Of a stretch of DNA of 16,466 bases, positions 7,750-16,464 are shown piece after piece. Made by a program: the position numbers and the translations under genes. Source of the DNA: Tolypothrix carrinoi HA7290-LM1. Its GTDB lineage: Bacteria > Cyanobacteriota > Cyanobacteriia > Cyanobacteriales > Nostocaceae. The notes under the pieces are model-generated. The model saw nothing but the letters and a program-made list of their open reading frames with translations. It was not told the DNA's origin and searched no databases. Positions within the stretch are counted from its first letter, which is position 1. Each line of letters opens with the position of its first letter. The stretch covers positions 1 through 16,466 of the forward strand of contig JAHHIK010000147.1 in NCBI GenBank assembly GCA_019358935.1. The letters run 5' to 3'.

Positions 7750-8060
7750 ATTTTGCCACAGGCTCCAGTCTCATTGATTCGCATCATCAAACGCATAGTA
7801 TCACCAAATTGCTCGCGAGCTTTCTGTCTGGCAACATTTTCATTACATTCAATAAAATAATCTCCGCTTTCTGGCTCAATTACAATAAACCAGTTGTAGT
7901 GGTCTTCGATCAATTCTGGTTTAACTTTGTCAAAAATCATACGACAACGCTGAGAAAATAATTCATCTTCGGTTTTACGTCGCGCTTTCTCTTCCGGTGA
8001 TAGTTGGTTTTCGGGAAATACTCGTCCTCGACGCGGGGTGCGATTAGAAGATAGTGTCAT
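7746..8060 (-). CDS. Small conserved protein coupled to the protease (DUF5678-like), copy 2
   Basis: Paralog of 6718..7032; the ATG at 8060 matches the copy 1 start; ATGA overlap with protease copy 2. Confidence 0.8.
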   Translation of the reverse strand: MTLSSNRTPRRGRVFPENQLSPEEKARRKTEDELFSQRCRMIFDKVKPELIEDHYNWFIVIEPESGDYFIECNENVARQKAREQFGDTMRLMMRINETGACGKI

Positions 8061-8110
8061 GTTTTTTACTAGCTTTGACAAACAAGTAATTTGCTTGTTG
8101 TTATAAGTTG

Positions 8111-8203
8111 TTAGACTTACGCAAAACTAAAGCCTTGTAGGGGCAATTCATGAATTGCCCCTACCTAAATTCAAGCTTTGACGACATGAGTGCGTAAGTC
8201 CTA
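8111..8203. mobile_element. 93-bp MITE carrying a GTAG REP palindrome
   Basis: TIRs ttagacttacgca / tgcgtaagtccta; AGTTG duplicated at 8106-8110 and 8204-8208; perfect palindrome gtaggggcaattcatgaattgcccctac at 8137-8164; absent from the paralogous site near 7075-7095. Confidence 0.8.
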
Positions 8204-8295
8204 AGTTGATTTTATCTAAGATGAGTGCATGAAAAAAAGCGATCGCCTGAGAAATCCCCAAGCGATCGCAGCTATTATTTAATTACTGACAAAAA

Positions 8296-8952
8296 TTAAC
8301 CAGCAACAGGTTCTAACAACTTGATATTCGAGAAGATAAATTCTTGAGTTGAAAGTTGTCCTTCTGTTTCGGTGCGAATTTCGCGACGATTGAGGATGAA
8401 ATAGTTATCAACCTTTTCATACTCATCTGTAAATTCGCTTCTACCACCTCTTTGTTCGCCGGTTTTCGGGTCGTGGTATACAGAGTCATAAGTGTGGGAT
8501 AAATAGCCTTCACCAGTATCGTGACTGCTGAAAGTATTAATCGTCACAACAATATTGTGAATGTGACGGTGAACCAGACACACTTCATTATTGCGGATTT
8601 TGTATCCATCGCCTTGAGACTTACCACCGACGAAAATCTCGACAGCACCAGTAGAGTCAGTGTCACCATAGCTGAAAGTATTCGCGCTGTGGACATCTTC
8701 AAAGCTGCGACGGACGCGGTGAATTGCTATTTCCCAAGCTTGATTGTGAATAACTTTCAGTGCTTGTTCATCTTCGACATCAAACACTTCTGCTTTGAGA
8801 TCGGCGTTAACGCGAACTTTACCAGTAATTACCTTATCATCCTCCTTATAGGTGATATCTGCGGTATAACCGGGAAAATTCTTATCCCAAGTGTAACGGT
8901 TTTCATAAGCAGCCTGGAGAAGTTCTTGGGCAGAAATTTGTGTAACAGTCAT
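8296..8952 (-). CDS. DUF3386-like conserved cyanobacterial protein
   Basis: AAYENRYTWDKNFPGY N-terminal signature and a beta-rich 218-aa ORF; family name from recall. Confidence 0.8.
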   Translation of the reverse strand: MTVTQISAQELLQAAYENRYTWDKNFPGYTADITYKEDDKVITGKVRVNADLKAEVFDVEDEQALKVIHNQAWEIAIHRVRRSFEDVHSANTFSYGDTDSTGAVEIFVGGKSQGDGYKIRNNEVCLVHRHIHNIVVTINTFSSHDTGEGYLSHTYDSVYHDPKTGEQRGGRSEFTDEYEKVDNYFILNRREIRTETEGQLSTQEFIFSNIKLLEPVAG

Positions 8953-9023
8953 TTGTTGTCCTATCGCTACTAGTTATTTTAACGTTTTACATGCGCTGGT
9001 ATTAGCATAGAAGTAATTATGGA

Positions 9024-9052
9024 GCCTTGCCTAGTCCCCAACTGGGTACACT
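9024..9052. promoter_or_regulatory. Putative LuxR/NarL-type operator, copy 1
   Basis: gccttgcctagtcc-ccaactgg-gtaca, conserved with 11131-11157; imperfect palindrome gtcccc-aact-gggtac. Confidence 0.6.
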
Positions 9053-9053
9053 T

Positions 9054-9719
9054 ATGCCTAATTCACTTCATAGCGTATTTCATGCGATCGCCAGCGCCCA
9101 AAACGAGCAAGAACTGAAACTTGCTGTCATGGACACAGTTGGCGAACATTTTGGTGTGCAACGTTGGGGTATTTATCTGCTTGATGACCACACAGCAAAG
9201 GATAATATTCAAGATATCCCGGACGTGTGTATAGAAAGCAACCCTATCGGACGCTACGTCGTTGAGCGTCATGCACCGACTCACGAACAATTAATATTAT
9301 CACCAACCAGCTGGAAACAACTTTGCCCGCGTCAAGACCACGAACACGTCATGACCGGTCCAATTATTTGCGATGGTCGTCTAATCGGCACCCTCAACCT
9401 TGCCCGTTTTAGCGGAAATCCTGCCTTTGATGCCAACGATTTAGCCGACCTGAGCGCTTTGTGCTTGCATTTGTCCGCAAAACTGGCAACTTTACGCACC
9501 AAATCAGTAACATTTAATTCTCAGTTAGCAAGTAAGCTGACACCGCGAGAATTAGAAATAGCTGAATTAGTCGCGCAAGGTTTAACTAATGCGGAAATTG
9601 GCGGAAAACTTTGGATTAGCCAAAATTCAGTCAAGCAAGCTTTGAAGCGGATGTTTCGCAAGCTAGAAGTTTCAGCGCGTGCCGAGATGGTAGCGAAATT
9701 ACAGGATGTGCTGAATTGA
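9054..9719 (+). CDS. GAF-domain LuxR-family transcriptional regulator, paralog 1
   Basis: C-terminal LTPRELEIAELVAQGLTNAEIG HTH and N-terminal GAF-like domain. The ATG at 9054 aligns with the paralog start. Confidence 0.9.
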   Translation: MPNSLHSVFHAIASAQNEQELKLAVMDTVGEHFGVQRWGIYLLDDHTAKDNIQDIPDVCIESNPIGRYVVERHAPTHEQLILSPTSWKQLCPRQDHEHVMTGPIICDGRLIGTLNLARFSGNPAFDANDLADLSALCLHLSAKLATLRTKSVTFNSQLASKLTPRELEIAELVAQGLTNAEIGGKLWISQNSVKQALKRMFRKLEVSARAEMVAKLQDVLN

Positions 9720-9753
9720 TATGCCTAGAATTATGCTTATACAGAGCATAACT

Positions 9754-10044
9754 CTAGGGATGGGGGGTAATTGCTAAAATTGTTATTACTTCTTGGTCTG
9801 GACCGTAGTACCAAAAAACCCTAAAAGCAGCAGGCGTTTTGTTCTCAACATAAGCCTCAAATACCTCCTCCCCATTTAAACCTGAAAGCGCATCATATTT
9901 GTGAGTTTGGAGACTGGGATGGCGCAGATTAATTTCCATTAATGCCAGAGTTTTTATCACCTTGCGGTACTTTTTAGGCTCTGTTTGTTCAAGATTAGCT
10001 AAAGTATCTTTTGCTTCAGTAGAGAATTGGAGTCTAAATTGCAT
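9754..10044 (-). CDS. RelE/ParE-superfamily toxin (putative)
   Basis: 96 aa with the RelE-like pattern (LQFSTEA...HPSLQTHK...FRVFWYY...ITILAI); start overlaps the upstream stop (TAATG). Confidence 0.75.
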   Translation of the reverse strand: MQFRLQFSTEAKDTLANLEQTEPKKYRKVIKTLALMEINLRHPSLQTHKYDALSGLNGEEVFEAYVENKTPAAFRVFWYYGPDQEVITILAITPHP

Positions 10045-10331
10045 TAATCTTCGATGTCAACGTCTGCATATTCAGCAAAAGAACCTAAATCGTGTACTTC
10101 TCCTTCCTCGGCTTGTTGAATTCCTCGCTGTACAGCAGCTAGTGCTTCTGGATTTTGCCATAACCACTGCTGTTGTTCATGAATGTCTATTGGGTCTAAT
10201 AAAATTTGTCCAGCGTCATTGAGCATCACTCGGTAAACTTTTGTTTTAGCGTTTTCTCCTAGTATTATGCGACCTTGCGTGTCTGTAGAAACCGCCTCTT
10301 TAATGAGGCGGAAGTTTTCATTAGTGAGCAT
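10044..10331 (-). CDS. Putative antitoxin (AbrB/MraZ-like N-terminus, acidic tail)
   Basis: DTQGRIILG swapped-hairpin-like motif, WLWQNPEALAAVQRGIQQA helix and an acidic C-terminus; directly upstream of and coupled to the toxin. Confidence 0.7.
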   Translation of the reverse strand: MLTNENFRLIKEAVSTDTQGRIILGENAKTKVYRVMLNDAGQILLDPIDIHEQQQWLWQNPEALAAVQRGIQQAEEGEVHDLGSFAEYADVDIED

Positions 10332-10391
10332 CAAGTTTTTCCCTTTGAATATCTTTTTTAAACTATAGCAATACTCACAAATGGCGATCGC

Positions 10392-11078
10392 TTAACAAGC
10401 TTGTGCGATCGCCTGAGTCTGTGTTAAAGATGCTTGTATGAATTCCTCTCCAAATTTCTTCACTTGCTGCACTAAAACATCTCCAGCATTTTCTGGAGAA
10501 CCAGCGTTAAAAGGTGGTGCGGGATTATACTCCAAAAGCAGCTGAATCATCTTAGCTGTTTCCTCGCCGCAGAGTGTCGCAGCAATTACCAATCCAAAGT
10601 CAATTCCAGCAGTAATACCACCACCTGTAATGCGGTTGCGGTCAATGACTACTCTTTCTGTTCCCACGTCAACACCTAACATCCCCAATTGGTCGCGAAA
10701 TGCCCAATGACAAGCAGCGCGGTAGCCTTGAAGCAGTCCGGCAGCAGCTAAAATTAAAGAGCCAGTACAGACCGATGTGATATATTTGGCTGTTTGTCCC
10801 TGCTGCTGAAGAAATTTCAGTACTTCAGCATCCCCCATCATCTCTACTTGTCCCGATCCACCGGGGACGCATAAAACATCTAAAGCTGGACAATCATCAA
10901 AAGTCGTAGTCGGCAAAATTGTCATTTTTTCACTGCTTGTGACTGCTGCTAAAGTCTTCCACAACAGATGCACGCGAGTATTAGGCATCATGGCAAACAC
11001 TTGATGCGGTCCAGTTAAATCAAGCTGAGTCATGCCAGGGTACATTAACAAACCAATATTGTATTCTGGGTTAGCCAT
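10392..11078 (-). CDS. DJ-1/PfpI family protein (isonitrile hydratase-like)
   Basis: TQLDLTGP, VPGG, SVCTGSL (nucleophilic Cys), GGITAGIDF and EYNPAPPF motifs. Confidence 0.9.
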   Translation of the reverse strand: MANPEYNIGLLMYPGMTQLDLTGPHQVFAMMPNTRVHLLWKTLAAVTSSEKMTILPTTTFDDCPALDVLCVPGGSGQVEMMGDAEVLKFLQQQGQTAKYITSVCTGSLILAAAGLLQGYRAACHWAFRDQLGMLGVDVGTERVVIDRNRITGGGITAGIDFGLVIAATLCGEETAKMIQLLLEYNPAPPFNAGSPENAGDVLVQQVKKFGEEFIQASLTQTQAIAQAC

Positions 11079-11130
11079 ATTTGTTATTTCTCCATGCTTT
11101 TCCTAAAGCTAGAGTAATATTGATGACTTT

Positions 11131-11159
11131 GCCTTGCCTAGTCCTCGAAAGAGTACATT
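11131..11159. promoter_or_regulatory. Putative LuxR/NarL-type operator, copy 2
   Basis: gccttgcctagtcc-tcgaaaga-gtaca; imperfect palindrome gtcctc-gaaa-gagtac. Confidence 0.6.
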
Positions 11160-11170
11160 GCTGAACGAAA

Positions 11171-11908
11171 ATGGCTAAATCTTTACAAAGTTTATTTCAG
11201 GCGATCGCCCTTGCCCGTAATGAGCAAGAATTAAGACATCGATTTATGGATGGAATTAGTGATAATTTTGACGTGCAGCGCTGGGGTATTTATTTACTCG
11301 ACGAGCAGTCAAATCTTGCTAGTGTCGATGTTCACGGCGTAAAAGATGTGTTTGTGGAACGTTACGAAAAAGTAGGTAGAGCAGTTGATCCAGTGCTGCA
11401 TTATGTACTTGAACGCCATGCATCAGCACATGAAGAATTAGTATTACCCCCCGGTGGTTGGAAGCAATGCGAACTGTATAAAAATTGTTGTTCTGTCTAC
11501 GACCACGAACATATTATGACAGGACCAATTGTCGGTGGTGGTCGTTTGATTGGTACAATTCATTTTGCCCGTGTCGGCGTCGAAGCTGCATTTGATTACC
11601 AAAATCTTGCAGATTTAAACGCTTTGTGTATGCATATGTCAGCTTGTCTGGCAACGTTGAAAACCCCAGAAATTGAATTTAATTCTCTGTTAGCAAATCG
11701 CTTGACACCGCGTGAATTACAAATTGTTGAACTGGTAGCGCAGGGATTAACTAATGCGGAAATTGGCGCAAAACTTTGGATTCAGGAGAATTCAGTCAAA
11801 CAAGCCTTGAAAAGATTGTTTCGCAAGCTGGAAGTATCAAATCGTGCAGCGATGGTGGGTAAGTTGCAGGATATTTTTGTTTCTGTTGAACGAGGGACTA
11901 GGGATTAG
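11171..11908 (+). CDS. GAF-domain LuxR-family transcriptional regulator, paralog 2
   Basis: LTPRELQIVELVAQGLTNAEIG HTH; shares QRWGIYLLD and DHEHxMTGPI with paralog 1. Confidence 0.9.
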   Translation: MAKSLQSLFQAIALARNEQELRHRFMDGISDNFDVQRWGIYLLDEQSNLASVDVHGVKDVFVERYEKVGRAVDPVLHYVLERHASAHEELVLPPGGWKQCELYKNCCSVYDHEHIMTGPIVGGGRLIGTIHFARVGVEAAFDYQNLADLNALCMHMSACLATLKTPEIEFNSLLANRLTPRELQIVELVAQGLTNAEIGAKLWIQENSVKQALKRLFRKLEVSNRAAMVGKLQDIFVSVERGTRD

Positions 11909-12023
11909 GGACTGGGGAGCCAGTCGCGTGCGGTGAGTCCACTCGGCGGTGTCGGTTTCCGTCCCGTCGAAGTGGCGAACCCGAAGGGAGGCGTCCTCCG
12001 TTGAGCGAACTGGCGTGACTGGG
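11894..12023. repeat. STRR heptamers with nested SDR-type insertions
   Basis: gggacta/gggatta/gggactg heptamers interrupted by gccagt...actggc (11919-12014), which itself contains a second GC-rich unit. Confidence 0.65.
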
Positions 12024-12306
12024 AAGATTTAGATCGGGATTGGTGTCCCGACTCAAAGAAGGAAAAAATAAAAAGGGCTTACGCACGCATAAGAATTTTT
12101 TGTAATATTTGTAGCTTGCCAACTACCACTTGATTTTGCTAAATTGACCAAGTTGAAGCTAACATGTTAGTTTTCAAATCTTAAGGCTAATCTTCAGGTG
12201 TTGCAGCAACTACTAAACAAAAGTAAAAGCGAGTTTGAGTTATCGGGTGATGTCACGCTAGCCAGTGCAACATCCCAGTTCTTCAGTTCCATAGAAAATC
12301 GGATAC

Positions 12307-13224
12307 ATGAAACAAACGCAATTGTGGTCTGTTGTCACTTTGTCAACAACCGTTTTAGGGCTACCGTCAGTTGGTCGTGCTGCAACAACCAACGGAAATT
12401 CTACCACTCCCGGCGAGACAGCTTCTAGTGATGCGGTGAATGTGAAAAAGTCCCAATCTTTAAGGGAAAAACTTACCTCGCGTGGTATAGTTACTGAAGT
12501 TCATCCTCATAACTTAGCAGGTCGTCAGGCGGCAACGCTGTATATCCGCAATATTCCGTTTCTTACCTTTGTTAGTCAAGCCGATATCAGCAACCCAACA
12601 GAAAAAGCGAGTGCGATCGCTACTAAAATCAACCAACTAATAACAGACAAAGTTGATGCTAGCCAAATTACAGTAAGTTGGAAAGCAGCCAGCTATATCA
12701 TCAAAGTCAATGGCAAAGAACTGGTAGAAATCGATGGAGACACAACACGTCTACCAGATACAACCAATAACCTCTCACAAGATGCGCTACAAGCTACCAA
12801 TCGCTTGCGGAGACTAATCGATGTCACTCATGCCTTAAACCAGATTAATAGTATCCCACTTCAACGACAAGAACCGATTAAACAGCCGCAACAGGTGAAA
12901 CCACCACAGCAAAATGCTAGTGAAAAAGTGCAAGCCACCTCTAAAGGTATGGCTTCATATTACAGCTATGAAGGTGGTAATCGGACTGCAACTGGTGAGA
13001 GATTTAATCCTCAAGGATTCACCGCAGCCCATCGCAGCTTGCCTTTTGGTACACTAGTTCGTGTCACCAACACTGGCAATGGTCGTTCTGTAGTCGTGCG
13101 AATAAATGACCGAGGTCCATTTATTCGCGGTCGAGTAATTGACCTTTCTCTGGGTGCGGCAAGAGAACTAGGAATGATTAGCAGTGGTGTTGCCGCAGTG
13201 AAATTAGAAATTTTGAGTAATTAA
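12307..13224 (+). CDS. rlpA: Septal ring lytic transglycosylase RlpA family protein
   Basis: C-terminal DPBB domain ([37 protein letters not shown]) and an N-terminal signal sequence. Confidence 0.9.
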   Translation: MKQTQLWSVVTLSTTVLGLPSVGRAATTNGNSTTPGETASSDAVNVKKSQSLREKLTSRGIVTEVHPHNLAGRQAATLYIRNIPFLTFVSQADISNPTEKASAIATKINQLITDKVDASQITVSWKAASYIIKVNGKELVEIDGDTTRLPDTTNNLSQDALQATNRLRRLIDVTHALNQINSIPLQRQEPIKQPQQVKPPQQNASEKVQATSKGMASYYSYEGGNRTATGERFNPQGFTAAHRSLPFGTLVRVTNTGNGRSVVVRINDRGPFIRGRVIDLSLGAARELGMISSGVAAVKLEILSN

Positions 13225-13234
13225 TCCTCACCGA

Positions 13235-13327
13235 CACCTTAAAAGGTGCGGCTACACGTACAAGGAACACCTGCGTGGGCTAGAATCTTTTAGCCTGCGG
13301 AGGCAGGCTTTGTTCGTATAGCCACAG
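13235..13327. repeat. Inverted REP-like doublet between convergent genes (possible terminator role)
   Basis: cacctt-aa-aaggtg hairpin, then ggctacacgtacaagg...ctttgttcgtatagcc imperfect inverted arms. Confidence 0.55.
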
Positions 13328-13329
13328 GC

Positions 13330-14886
13330 TTACAGCCTGTCTTCCTCACCAAATCCGCCACCACCTGGGGTTTCAATCACAAAAACATCCCCAGGTTGCA
13401 TTTCTACTGTTGCTGTGCTATCTAAATTCTCTTGGGTTCCATTCTGACGTTGTATCCAGTTGCGTCCCACCAGTCCGGCTTCTCCACCATTTAAGCCAAA
13501 GGGACGAACAAATCGATGTCCGGAGAGAATATTAGCTGTCATCGGTTCTAAAAACTTGATACGGCGAATTACTCCATTTCCGCCGGAATGTTTTCCTTTA
13601 CCGCCGCTATCACAACGAAGACTAAAGCTTTCTAAAAGTACAGGATAGCGGGTTTCTAAGACTTCTGGATCGGTGAGGCGAGAGTTTGTCATGTGAGTTT
13701 GGACACCATCAGTTCCATCAAAATCAATTCCTGCGCCGGAACCGCCGCAAATGGTTTCATAATATTGATAGCGATCGTTTCCAAAAGTAAAATTATTCAT
13801 CGTTCCCGCAGATGCAGCCATCACCCCTAAAGCACCATATAAAGCATCGACAATAGTTTGCGAAGTCTCCACATTACCCGCGACTACTGCTGCTGGATAA
13901 GTTGGATTCAGCATACAGCCAGAAGGGATAATAATTTCTAGAGGATTAAGACACCCCGCATTCAGAGGAATATTATCATCAACCAGAGTCCGGAAGACAT
14001 ATAAAACTGCTGCTTGAGTTACAGCTTTAGGAGCGTTGAAGTTACTATTTAGTTGTTCAGATGTGCCTGTAAAATCAATTGTAGCGCTGCGATTTTTTCG
14101 GTTGATAGTCACTTTAACTTTAATTTGCGCTTGGCTATCCATCACATAGGTAAATTCGCCATCTTTTAAAACATCAATTGCTCGTCTAACTGCTTCTTCG
14201 GCATTATCTTGCACAAACTTCATGTAAGTTTGAACTGTCTCAAGTCCATATTGTGAAATTATTTTTCGCAGTTCTTGCACTCCCCTTTCATTGGCGGCAA
14301 TTTGTGCTTTGAAATCAGCTATATTTTGGTCAGGGTTACGAGCCGGATAAATATGATTTAAAAGATGCTGCCGTACTAATTTTTCTTGAAAATTACCCTC
14401 TTCAACTAAGAGAAAATTATCAAATAAAATTCCTTCTTCTTCTACCGTGGTACTGTGGGGAGGCATTGAACCGGGAGTAATTCCACCGATATCGGCTTGG
14501 TGTCCGCGAGAAGCAACGTAGAAAATAACTTGTTTTCCATCTTCGTCAAAAACGGGGGTAATTGCAGTTACATCAGGAAGATGTGTTCCGCCGTTGTAGG
14601 GATTATTTGATAGATAGACATTTCCTGGTTTTAAAGTGTCACCTTTATCGTTAATTAAACTGCGAACACTTTCACTCATTGAGCCTAAATGTACAGGAAT
14701 GTGGGGGGCATTAGCAACTAATAATCCAGAAGAATCAAAAATAGCGCAGGAAAAATCTAAGCGTTCTTTGATATTTACTGATGCTGCTGTATTTTGCAGA
14801 ACAATTCCCATTTGTTCGGCAATAAATTGATAGAGGTTTTTGAAGATTTCTAAGCGAACTGGGTCGGGTTGAGATGTTGTATACAT
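13330..14886 (-). CDS. Hydantoinase B / 5-oxoprolinase family protein
   Basis: [44 protein letters not shown] and ETPGGGGFG motifs; AGGAG RBS. Confidence 0.93.
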   Translation of the reverse strand: MYTTSQPDPVRLEIFKNLYQFIAEQMGIVLQNTAASVNIKERLDFSCAIFDSSGLLVANAPHIPVHLGSMSESVRSLINDKGDTLKPGNVYLSNNPYNGGTHLPDVTAITPVFDEDGKQVIFYVASRGHQADIGGITPGSMPPHSTTVEEEGILFDNFLLVEEGNFQEKLVRQHLLNHIYPARNPDQNIADFKAQIAANERGVQELRKIISQYGLETVQTYMKFVQDNAEEAVRRAIDVLKDGEFTYVMDSQAQIKVKVTINRKNRSATIDFTGTSEQLNSNFNAPKAVTQAAVLYVFRTLVDDNIPLNAGCLNPLEIIIPSGCMLNPTYPAAVVAGNVETSQTIVDALYGALGVMAASAGTMNNFTFGNDRYQYYETICGGSGAGIDFDGTDGVQTHMTNSRLTDPEVLETRYPVLLESFSLRCDSGGKGKHSGGNGVIRRIKFLEPMTANILSGHRFVRPFGLNGGEAGLVGRNWIQRQNGTQENLDSTATVEMQPGDVFVIETPGGGGFGEEDRL

Positions 14887-14906
14887 TTATGACTCCTTAA
14901 AAAATC

Positions 14907-14953
14907 GTAGTAAGCGCTTAAGCGCTTTTTTAAGCACGCGCATTGCTTACTAC
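14907..14953. repeat. GTAG-type REP doublet
   Basis: gtagtaagc...gcttactac inverted ends with the internal palindrome aagcgcttaagcgctt. Confidence 0.65.
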
Positions 14954-15037
14954 TAGCTTTTCATTCATTAGTAGACTGTAGGTTGAATTGCGCCTAAACG
15001 CGGAGCGAACCTGAGTCAGACATGCTTAACCAAGCTA

Positions 15038-15370
15038 CTAATTAATTTCTACAATCATTTCTCCCTGTCTTAATCTTTCTAACGCATCGGGCAAAGTGAT
15101 TGTAAGAAGTTGACGCAAGTTTCGATTAGTAACGTTACCACAGGTTAGCCATAAGATTTGTGGCGGTGTTCCCAACCGACATACCAAATCAACAAAGTCA
15201 CTGTCTTTTGTCATTATTACGACGTTAACAATTCGTGCTGCCTCAAAAATCTCAATATCTTTAGCGTCTCGCAGTCCAATATCTCGCAGCGACGAAGCCT
15301 CTACACCAAACGTATTGGTCAGCCAATTTGCCAATGTCGGTGGTAACTGAGCATCAACCCAGATATTCAT
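15038..15370 (-). CDS. DUF5615 PIN-like toxin (VapC45-like)
   Basis: IWVDAQLP, DIEIFEAA, MTKDSDF and CGN motifs; ATGA overlap with the upstream DUF433 gene. Confidence 0.88.
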   Translation of the reverse strand: MNIWVDAQLPPTLANWLTNTFGVEASSLRDIGLRDAKDIEIFEAARIVNVVIMTKDSDFVDLVCRLGTPPQILWLTCGNVTNRNLRQLLTITLPDALERLRQGEMIVEIN

Positions 15371-15591
15371 GCTGTCAGTCGAGGAAAGTCAGTGCGTCGT
15401 GCAGCGAACAATAAACAGGCTTGGATATCTTCAGGTTCTAAGTCTGGGAAATCATCTAAAATTTCAGTTACACTAACGTTTTCAGCCAGCATTTCGAGAA
15501 TGTCGCTCACCCTAATCCTCATACCACGAATACAAGGGCGACCGCCACACTGACCGGGTATTTGGGTAATGCGAGTCAATAAGTCAGTCAT
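15367..15591 (-). CDS. DUF433 family antitoxin
   Basis: RITQIPGQCGGRPCIRGMRIRVSDIL and FPDLEPEDIQACL motifs; probable start ATG at 15591. Confidence 0.9.
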   Translation of the reverse strand: MTDLLTRITQIPGQCGGRPCIRGMRIRVSDILEMLAENVSVTEILDDFPDLEPEDIQACLLFAARRTDFPRLTA

Positions 15592-15691
15592 TGAGTGCAT
15601 CCAGTTATTTGATGACAGCAGCATTTTCTTATGATACAAGGTTGCGTAGTGTAAGCGCGATCGCGCTTGCCCAATCTATGGCTACCACTGT

Positions 15692-16360
15692 CTACTTGCG
15701 TCCAAGCGAAATGTGCAAAATTTCGCCTGTTATAGAAAATCCGGCACGGGTGTAAATTCGCACTTACTCTTCATGTGCTGCCATGAGAAACGCCACCGTA
15801 ACACCTGCATCGAAAGCTTCTCGCACCAGTCGAGTTGTCAACGCTGCCGCTATCCCCCGTCGGCGAAAAGCAACACGCACACCGATACCAGCGACTTCTG
15901 TTGTTTGATTTCCCGGCACGGTACACACTCCAGCCCCCGCAGGTTCTTTGTTTGATGCTACACGAGCAAGTACGGCGATTCCACCTGCTCGCAGTCTATC
16001 GCCAAGACGTTTACCATCTTCGGGGCTAGGTGCAGATTCTCCGTAAGCCTCGTTTTGCACCGTAACTGTAGCAAGCATCTGGGAAGAGGAAACTGGTACG
16101 ATTAATTCGATGTCTGGGGGAACGGGAAGCAGTTGCTCTGAACCAGGAGTACAAGTCATAAGTGGCAAGCGTCCCTCAACGGTGAAACCAGCAGCTACCA
16201 GTGCCTCCTCGACAGCAGGTGCGAGTGTTGCAACGTACTCCAAACGCGGCTTTCGTCCGCGACTTTCATAGGCAGCGATTAAAGCGTTTACGTCGCTGAG
16301 TGACGGTGTAGCTGCGTCGTCGGGGATGGCATAGTTAAGAAAGGGGTTAGTTGCTGTTCG
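15692..16360 (-). pseudogene. GNAT acetyltransferase pseudogene
   Basis: Acetyl-CoA motif VRVAFRRRGIA. An in-frame TAA at 15764-15766 is followed by VRIYTRAGF...stop at 15692. The frame stays open upstream of the called start (NPFLNYAIPDD) to a TAG at 16361-16363, with no start codon before 16243. Confidence 0.8.
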
Positions 16361-16377
16361 CTAATATCTGGACAAGC

Positions 16378-16464
16378 CTACCCATCATTTCCCGTTTGTC
16401 CAGCTATCAACCGTTCAACGTATTCTCTAAGCCGTTTTTGCCAGTTAGGAACGGCTTTCAATTT
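16378..16464 (-). CDS. 3' end of a small hypothetical protein (runs off the window)
   Basis: Manual translation KLKAVPNWQKRLREYVERLIAGQTGNDG-stop, an amphipathic helix like those of small cyanobacterial RHH-type proteins. Confidence 0.45.
   Translation of the reverse strand, partial: KLKAVPNWQKRLREYVERLIAGQTGNDG

Noticed and set aside
6353..8060. Diversity-generating retroelement (template/variable repeat pair)
   Set aside because: There is no reverse transcriptase in the window, and differences between the copies are not confined to adenines; they look like ordinary paralog divergence.
8521..8973. 150-aa plus-strand ORF and other short antisense ORFs (e.g. 2268, 2972, 3845, 3912, 4106, 5314, 9063, 9962, 13460, 14636, 15158, 15713, 15835)
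   Set aside because: Shadow frames overlapping well-supported genes, with no recognisable motifs.
11898..12428. ORFs 11898..12122 and 12198..12428
   Set aside because: The first is repeat-derived; the second overlaps the rlpA start in another frame and has no motif.
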